Of a stretch of DNA of 64,000 nt, positions 60,197 through 64,000 are shown in pieces. Numbering within the stretch: the first letter of the stretch is position 1; the number at the start of each line of letters is the position of its first letter. The notes under the pieces are model-generated. The model was not told the DNA's origin and searched no databases. It saw nothing but the letters and a program-made list of their open reading frames with translations. The stretch comes from an uncultured SAR86 cluster bacterium (GTDB lineage Bacteria; Pseudomonadota; Gammaproteobacteria; Magnimaribacterales; D2472): contig CACELG010000003.1 in the NCBI GenBank assembly GCA_902560315.1, forward strand, positions 36,306 to 100,305, written 5' to 3'. Both the position numbers and the translations under genes were made by a program.

Positions 60197-61162
60197 ATGA
60201 AAAAATATAATTATATAGCTTCTGCTAAAAGAACTTTAAAGATTGAATCAAATTCAATAAATGCAATTGCTGGGCAGTTGGATAAATCTTTCACGACGCT
60301 GTGTGAAAAAGTCTTTAATTCAAAGGGAAAATTTATAATAATGGGTGTAGGAAAATCTGGTCATATAGCTCAAAAGATTTCAGCAACGCTCTCAAGCACA
60401 GGAACCGCCTCAATATTTATTCACCCAACTGAAGCGGCTCATGGAGACATGGGACTAATTAATAAAAAAGATATTGTTCTTTTAATATCAAATTCAGGTG
60501 AAACAGATGAAATTGTAAATATACTCCCTTCCCTTAAAAGGCATGCAAAAGAAATAGCCTCTCTTACAAGTAATAATAAATCTACTATTGCTAATTCATC
60601 AGATATTAAAATACAACTAAAATCAAAAAAGGAAGCTTGTCCTCTAGATTTAGCTCCAACATCATCAACTACAAATGCTCTAGTTTTTGGTGATGCACTT
60701 TCAATAGCTCTTCTTGAAGCAAAAGGTTTTACAAAAAAAGACTTTGCTTCATCTCATCCAGCTGGAAAATTAGGAAAAAAATTAATTACTCAGGTCAAAG
60801 ATTTGATGCATAAAGGAGCTGCAGTTCCTAGAGTATCTCCAAGAACAATTTTAGATAAAGCCTTGATTGAAATAACTAAGAAAAATCTTGGTATTACATT
60901 AGTAACTAACAAATCTAAAGTCGTTGGTATTTTTACTGATGGAGATCTAAGAAGATGCATTACTAAAAAAATTGATATCCAGAAAACAATGATAAAAGAT
61001 GTCATGACAAAAAACTTTAAAACAATTGAATCAGAATCTCTAGCAGTAGATGCTGCCAAAATAATGGAAAAAAATAAAATTTTTACACTTATTGTTATTG
61101 AAAAAGGTAAAGAAGTTGGTGTCATTTCAATGCATGACTTAATTGAAGCAAGGATTCTTTAG
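60197..61162 (+). CDS. kdsD: Arabinose-5-phosphate isomerase (SIS plus CBS domains)
   Basis: GKSGHI, HP.EA.HGDMG, EACPL.LAPTSSTT, HP.G.LG, GIFTDGDLRR. Confidence 0.96.
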   Translation: MKKYNYIASAKRTLKIESNSINAIAGQLDKSFTTLCEKVFNSKGKFIIMGVGKSGHIAQKISATLSSTGTASIFIHPTEAAHGDMGLINKKDIVLLISNSGETDEIVNILPSLKRHAKEIASLTSNNKSTIANSSDIKIQLKSKKEACPLDLAPTSSTTNALVFGDALSIALLEAKGFTKKDFASSHPAGKLGKKLITQVKDLMHKGAAVPRVSPRTILDKALIEITKKNLGITLVTNKSKVVGIFTDGDLRRCITKKIDIQKTMIKDVMTKNFKTIESESLAVDAAKIMEKNKIFTLIVIEKGKEVGVISMHDLIEARIL

Positions 61163-61582
61163 TTGAAAATTAAATTTTCACAAATAATAAATTTATCAAT
61201 AATTATTGTCTTCAGTCTTTCGGTGGCAACTTTTGAAAAAGACATACAAATTAAATCTGATACTGTTGAATTTTTAAAAGAAGTAAATCAAATTAGTTTT
61301 TTAAACAATGTAGAAATCATTTCAAATTTTGTTAGTATTTCTGCAAAATCAGCTATATATGACGATCTTAACCAAGTAATATCAATAAAAGGTATGCCTA
61401 GCTCAATAGAATCAAATAATGGAGAATTACTTTTTAGCGGTTCTGCAGAAAAGATACTTTTTTTTAATGACGAAAAAGTTCACCTGGTTGGCAATGCATC
61501 AATGAAATATGAAAATGTCTCAATTTCTTCTAACATAATCATATTCAATCCAAGAACGGGAAAAATTTCTTCAAAAGAATAG
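61163..61582 (+). CDS. lptA: LPS transport periplasmic protein LptA-like (short; TTG start)
   Basis: Hydrophobic N-terminus; IQIKSD, F..NV.I, G.P, GSAEKI, LVGNA beta-jellyroll pattern; precedes lptB. Confidence 0.78.
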   Translation: MKIKFSQIINLSIIIVFSLSVATFEKDIQIKSDTVEFLKEVNQISFLNNVEIISNFVSISAKSAIYDDLNQVISIKGMPSSIESNNGELLFSGSAEKILFFNDEKVHLVGNASMKYENVSISSNIIIFNPRTGKISSKE

Positions 61583-61585
61583 ATC

Positions 61586-62299
61586 ATGTTAGAAATAAAA
61601 AAAATATCTAAATCTATAAAAGAAAAAAAAATTATTTCAAATATTTCTTTTGATGTTAAGACGGGTGATATTTTTGGATTGCTAGGGCCTAATGGCGCCG
61701 GGAAAACAACAATATTCTATATGATTGCAGGCCTTGTTCATGCAGATAGTGGAAAATTTATTCTCGCTGGTGAAGATATATCTAATATTCCCATGCATAA
61801 AAGATCAAATCTTGGCATAAAGTATTTACCTCAAGAGCCATCTATTTTTCAAAACCTTTCTGTCTATGAAAATCTTTATGGATTAGCAGAGCTATCCTTA
61901 GATAATAAAAAAGATATTAAAAATTTCATAGATATTTCAATGGAAGAATTTAATCTGTCAGATATTTCTAGTCTTAAGGGCAGACAATTATCAGGAGGAC
62001 AGAGAAGAAAAGTTGAAATTGCCAGAACTCTTGTAGCAAAACCAAAAATTATTCTTCTTGATGAGCCTTTTGCTGGCATTGATCCTATTGCAATCGAAGA
62101 TATTAAAAATGTGTTAAAAAAATTATTAAAAAAAGATATAGGAATTTTAATCACGGACCATAATGTTAGAGAAACCCTAGAGATATGTACTAAAGCAGCC
62201 ATTATTAATAATGGTGAGATTATTGCTCAAGGAGATAAACAATCTCTTACCACTAATGATTTGGTTAAAAAAGTTTATCTTGGAGATATGTATAATTAA
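61586..62299 (+). CDS. lptB: LPS export ABC ATPase LptB
   Basis: GPNGAGKTT.FY, YLPQE.SIF, LSGGQRR.VEIAR, LLDEPFAGIDP, TDHNVRETL. Confidence 0.97.
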   Translation: MLEIKKISKSIKEKKIISNISFDVKTGDIFGLLGPNGAGKTTIFYMIAGLVHADSGKFILAGEDISNIPMHKRSNLGIKYLPQEPSIFQNLSVYENLYGLAELSLDNKKDIKNFIDISMEEFNLSDISSLKGRQLSGGQRRKVEIARTLVAKPKIILLDEPFAGIDPIAIEDIKNVLKKLLKKDIGILITDHNVRETLEICTKAAIINNGEIIAQGDKQSLTTNDLVKKVYLGDMYN

Positions 62300-62300
62300 A

Positions 62301-63566
62301 ATGGCAATTGTTTTATCTAAAAACATTAAACTAAGTCAAAGTATAAAACTTACACCTTCATTAAAGAAATCTATCGATTTACTTCAGCTCTCAAGATTTG
62401 AATTAATTAAAAAAATTGAGAATGAAATAATTGAAAATCCATTTCTAGAAAAGACTGAAAATAGTATTAATTCATCAGACTTAAGTGGATTTGATTTTGA
62501 TATCGAATCAAAATTAACATTAAGAGAGGCTTTGATAAAACAACTGGATGAATTTCATCTTGATAAAAGAGAAATTGAAATCTCTAAATTGCTAATAGGC
62601 TGTATTGATGAATCAGGAGAGCTAATTGAAAGCATGGAGCAAATAGAAGAAATATCAAATTTCGATTTTAATCAAAAGGAGGTCGAAAATGTCCTTGAAA
62701 GTGTTATACATAAATTAAATCCAAGTGGTGTAGGTTTTAGAACACATAAAGAGTGTATAAAAATTCAAATTGATAACAATCTAAATATATCGAAAAATAA
62801 AAGAGAGCTAATTTATAGTATTCTTTCAAATGAAGAGCTTGATAACATCGATGAAATAAAGAAGCTAACATTAAAAAATGGTTTTTCAGTAAATGATTTT
62901 AATTCTGCTCTGGATCAAATTAAAAATTGTGATTTAAGTCCAGGACTAAATTATGAAAACACAAATTACATAGAAGCTGATTTAAAAGTATCCATAAAAG
63001 ATAAGGGTTATAAAGTAAATTTTAAAAATGATGGTTTCCCTTTAATAAAACTAGATAATGAGTTGATTGATGATGTAAAGAAAGAATTGAAATCAAAAAA
63101 AAATACTAAAATTCTAGAAAAAATTAATGATGCAAAATGGTTGTTAACATCTGTAAAAAAAAGAAACGAAACAGTTAAGAAAGTCGGAGAATATATTTGC
63201 TCAAAACAAATTGCTTTCTTTGAAAACAATCCTCTTAAAATTAATACTTTAAGTAATAAAGAGATAGCAGACGAGATAGGCGTTCATCCCTCAACAGTTT
63301 CAAGAATACTGAGAAATAAGTATATCGATACACCCAAAGGTATAATGCCTATGAAATCTCTTTTAATGACATCTGTATCAAAAACTAGAGATATATCTGC
63401 AACTCAATTAATGAAACTAATAGAGGGCATAATAAGTTCAGAAAAGAAGCCTAAAAGTGATAAAAAAATCGCAATTGAGTTAAATAAAAGAGGTTTTAGT
63501 CTCGCAAGAAGAACAATCTCAAAATATAGAAAGAAAAATAATATACCATCATCTAGAAATAGGTAA
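62301..63566 (+). CDS. rpoN: RNA polymerase sigma-54 factor
   Basis: Region I LTP.L..SI.LLQLS..EL, NPFLE, HPSTVSR, RpoN box ARRTISKYR. Start at ATG 62301. Confidence 0.95.
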   Translation: MAIVLSKNIKLSQSIKLTPSLKKSIDLLQLSRFELIKKIENEIIENPFLEKTENSINSSDLSGFDFDIESKLTLREALIKQLDEFHLDKREIEISKLLIGCIDESGELIESMEQIEEISNFDFNQKEVENVLESVIHKLNPSGVGFRTHKECIKIQIDNNLNISKNKRELIYSILSNEELDNIDEIKKLTLKNGFSVNDFNSALDQIKNCDLSPGLNYENTNYIEADLKVSIKDKGYKVNFKNDGFPLIKLDNELIDDVKKELKSKKNTKILEKINDAKWLLTSVKKRNETVKKVGEYICSKQIAFFENNPLKINTLSNKEIADEIGVHPSTVSRILRNKYIDTPKGIMPMKSLLMTSVSKTRDISATQLMKLIEGIISSEKKPKSDKKIAIELNKRGFSLARRTISKYRKKNNIPSSRNR

Positions 63567-63590
63567 TTTTTTTCAGGTTAAAATGAAATG

Positions 63591-64000
63591 ATGGAAAGTA
63601 TTGAGAATAAAGATAATTTAAAAATCATCTTAGATGATGCGTCAAATTTATCTTTAAATCAAATAAGAAGATTATTAAATAAGATGACGCCTTCTGAGAT
63701 TGCACATGCACTTGAGTCATCACCACCAAAGCAAAGAACTTTGTTATTCTCACTTCTAAAGACAGATGAGGAAGGAGATGTTCTTTTTGAGTTAGGGGAA
63801 GAGATCCAACAAGACCTTGTTTCAAATATTTCTAATGAAGAGCTTGCAGAGGCTGTAAAAGAACTTGAATTAGATGAAGTTGTAGATATCCTGCAAAATC
63901 TTCCAGAAGAAAGGATGGAGAAGATACTTTCAAGTATGTCTATGGTTGATAGACAAAGAATTGAGATGGGCCTTATATTTCCTGATAATACCGCTGGTGG
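63591..64000 (+). CDS. mgtE: Magnesium transporter MgtE (N-terminal part, runs off the window)
   Basis: Manual translation (ATG 63588 or 63591): MTPSEIAHALESSPPKQR...EGDVL.EL...LDEVVDILQNLP...FPDNTAGG. Confidence 0.9.
   Translation, partial: MESIENKDNLKIILDDASNLSLNQIRRLLNKMTPSEIAHALESSPPKQRTLLFSLLKTDEEGDVLFELGEEIQQDLVSNISNEELAEAVKELELDEVVDILQNLPEERMEKILSSMSMVDRQRIEMGLIFPDNTAG

Noticed and set aside
62211-62300. Extended rpoN start
   Set aside because: It overlaps the lptB 3' end; sigma-54 region I begins at ATG 62301.

Overview
AT-rich, very compact core-genome segment of a streamlined Gammaproteobacterium. The gene order resembles Pseudomonas, and the composition and compaction suggest a marine SAR86-like lineage (inference, not proven). 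It holds about 70 genes: rlmN-ndk-isc cluster, purC-bamC-dapA, tRNA-Lys, tol-pal, aspS/proS, recA (with a LexA box), pyrG-kdsA-eno-ftsB-ispDF-surE-pcm, rpsF-rpsR-rplI-dnaB-alr, a rearranged dcw cluster, rnpB, petABC, rplM-rpsI, murA, and kdsD-lptAB-rpoN-mgtE. No transposase, integrase, prophage or CRISPR array was seen. The interest lies in in-place replacements and deletions within conserved loci. (1) The ruvCAB slot holds one small Hjc/phage-type PD-(D/E)XK nuclease. (2) The nadA slot after tRNA-Lys holds an NTT/TLC-family nucleotide-transporter homolog. (3) ftsZ has moved to second position in the dcw operon, behind an MraZ-box promoter. (4) ProRS lacks its editing domain. (5) Trans-envelope proteins are shortened or missing. 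(6) Many operon-first genes look leaderless. All statements of absence apply to this window only. Synteny comparisons come from recalled E. coli/Pseudomonas gene orders and were not computed.
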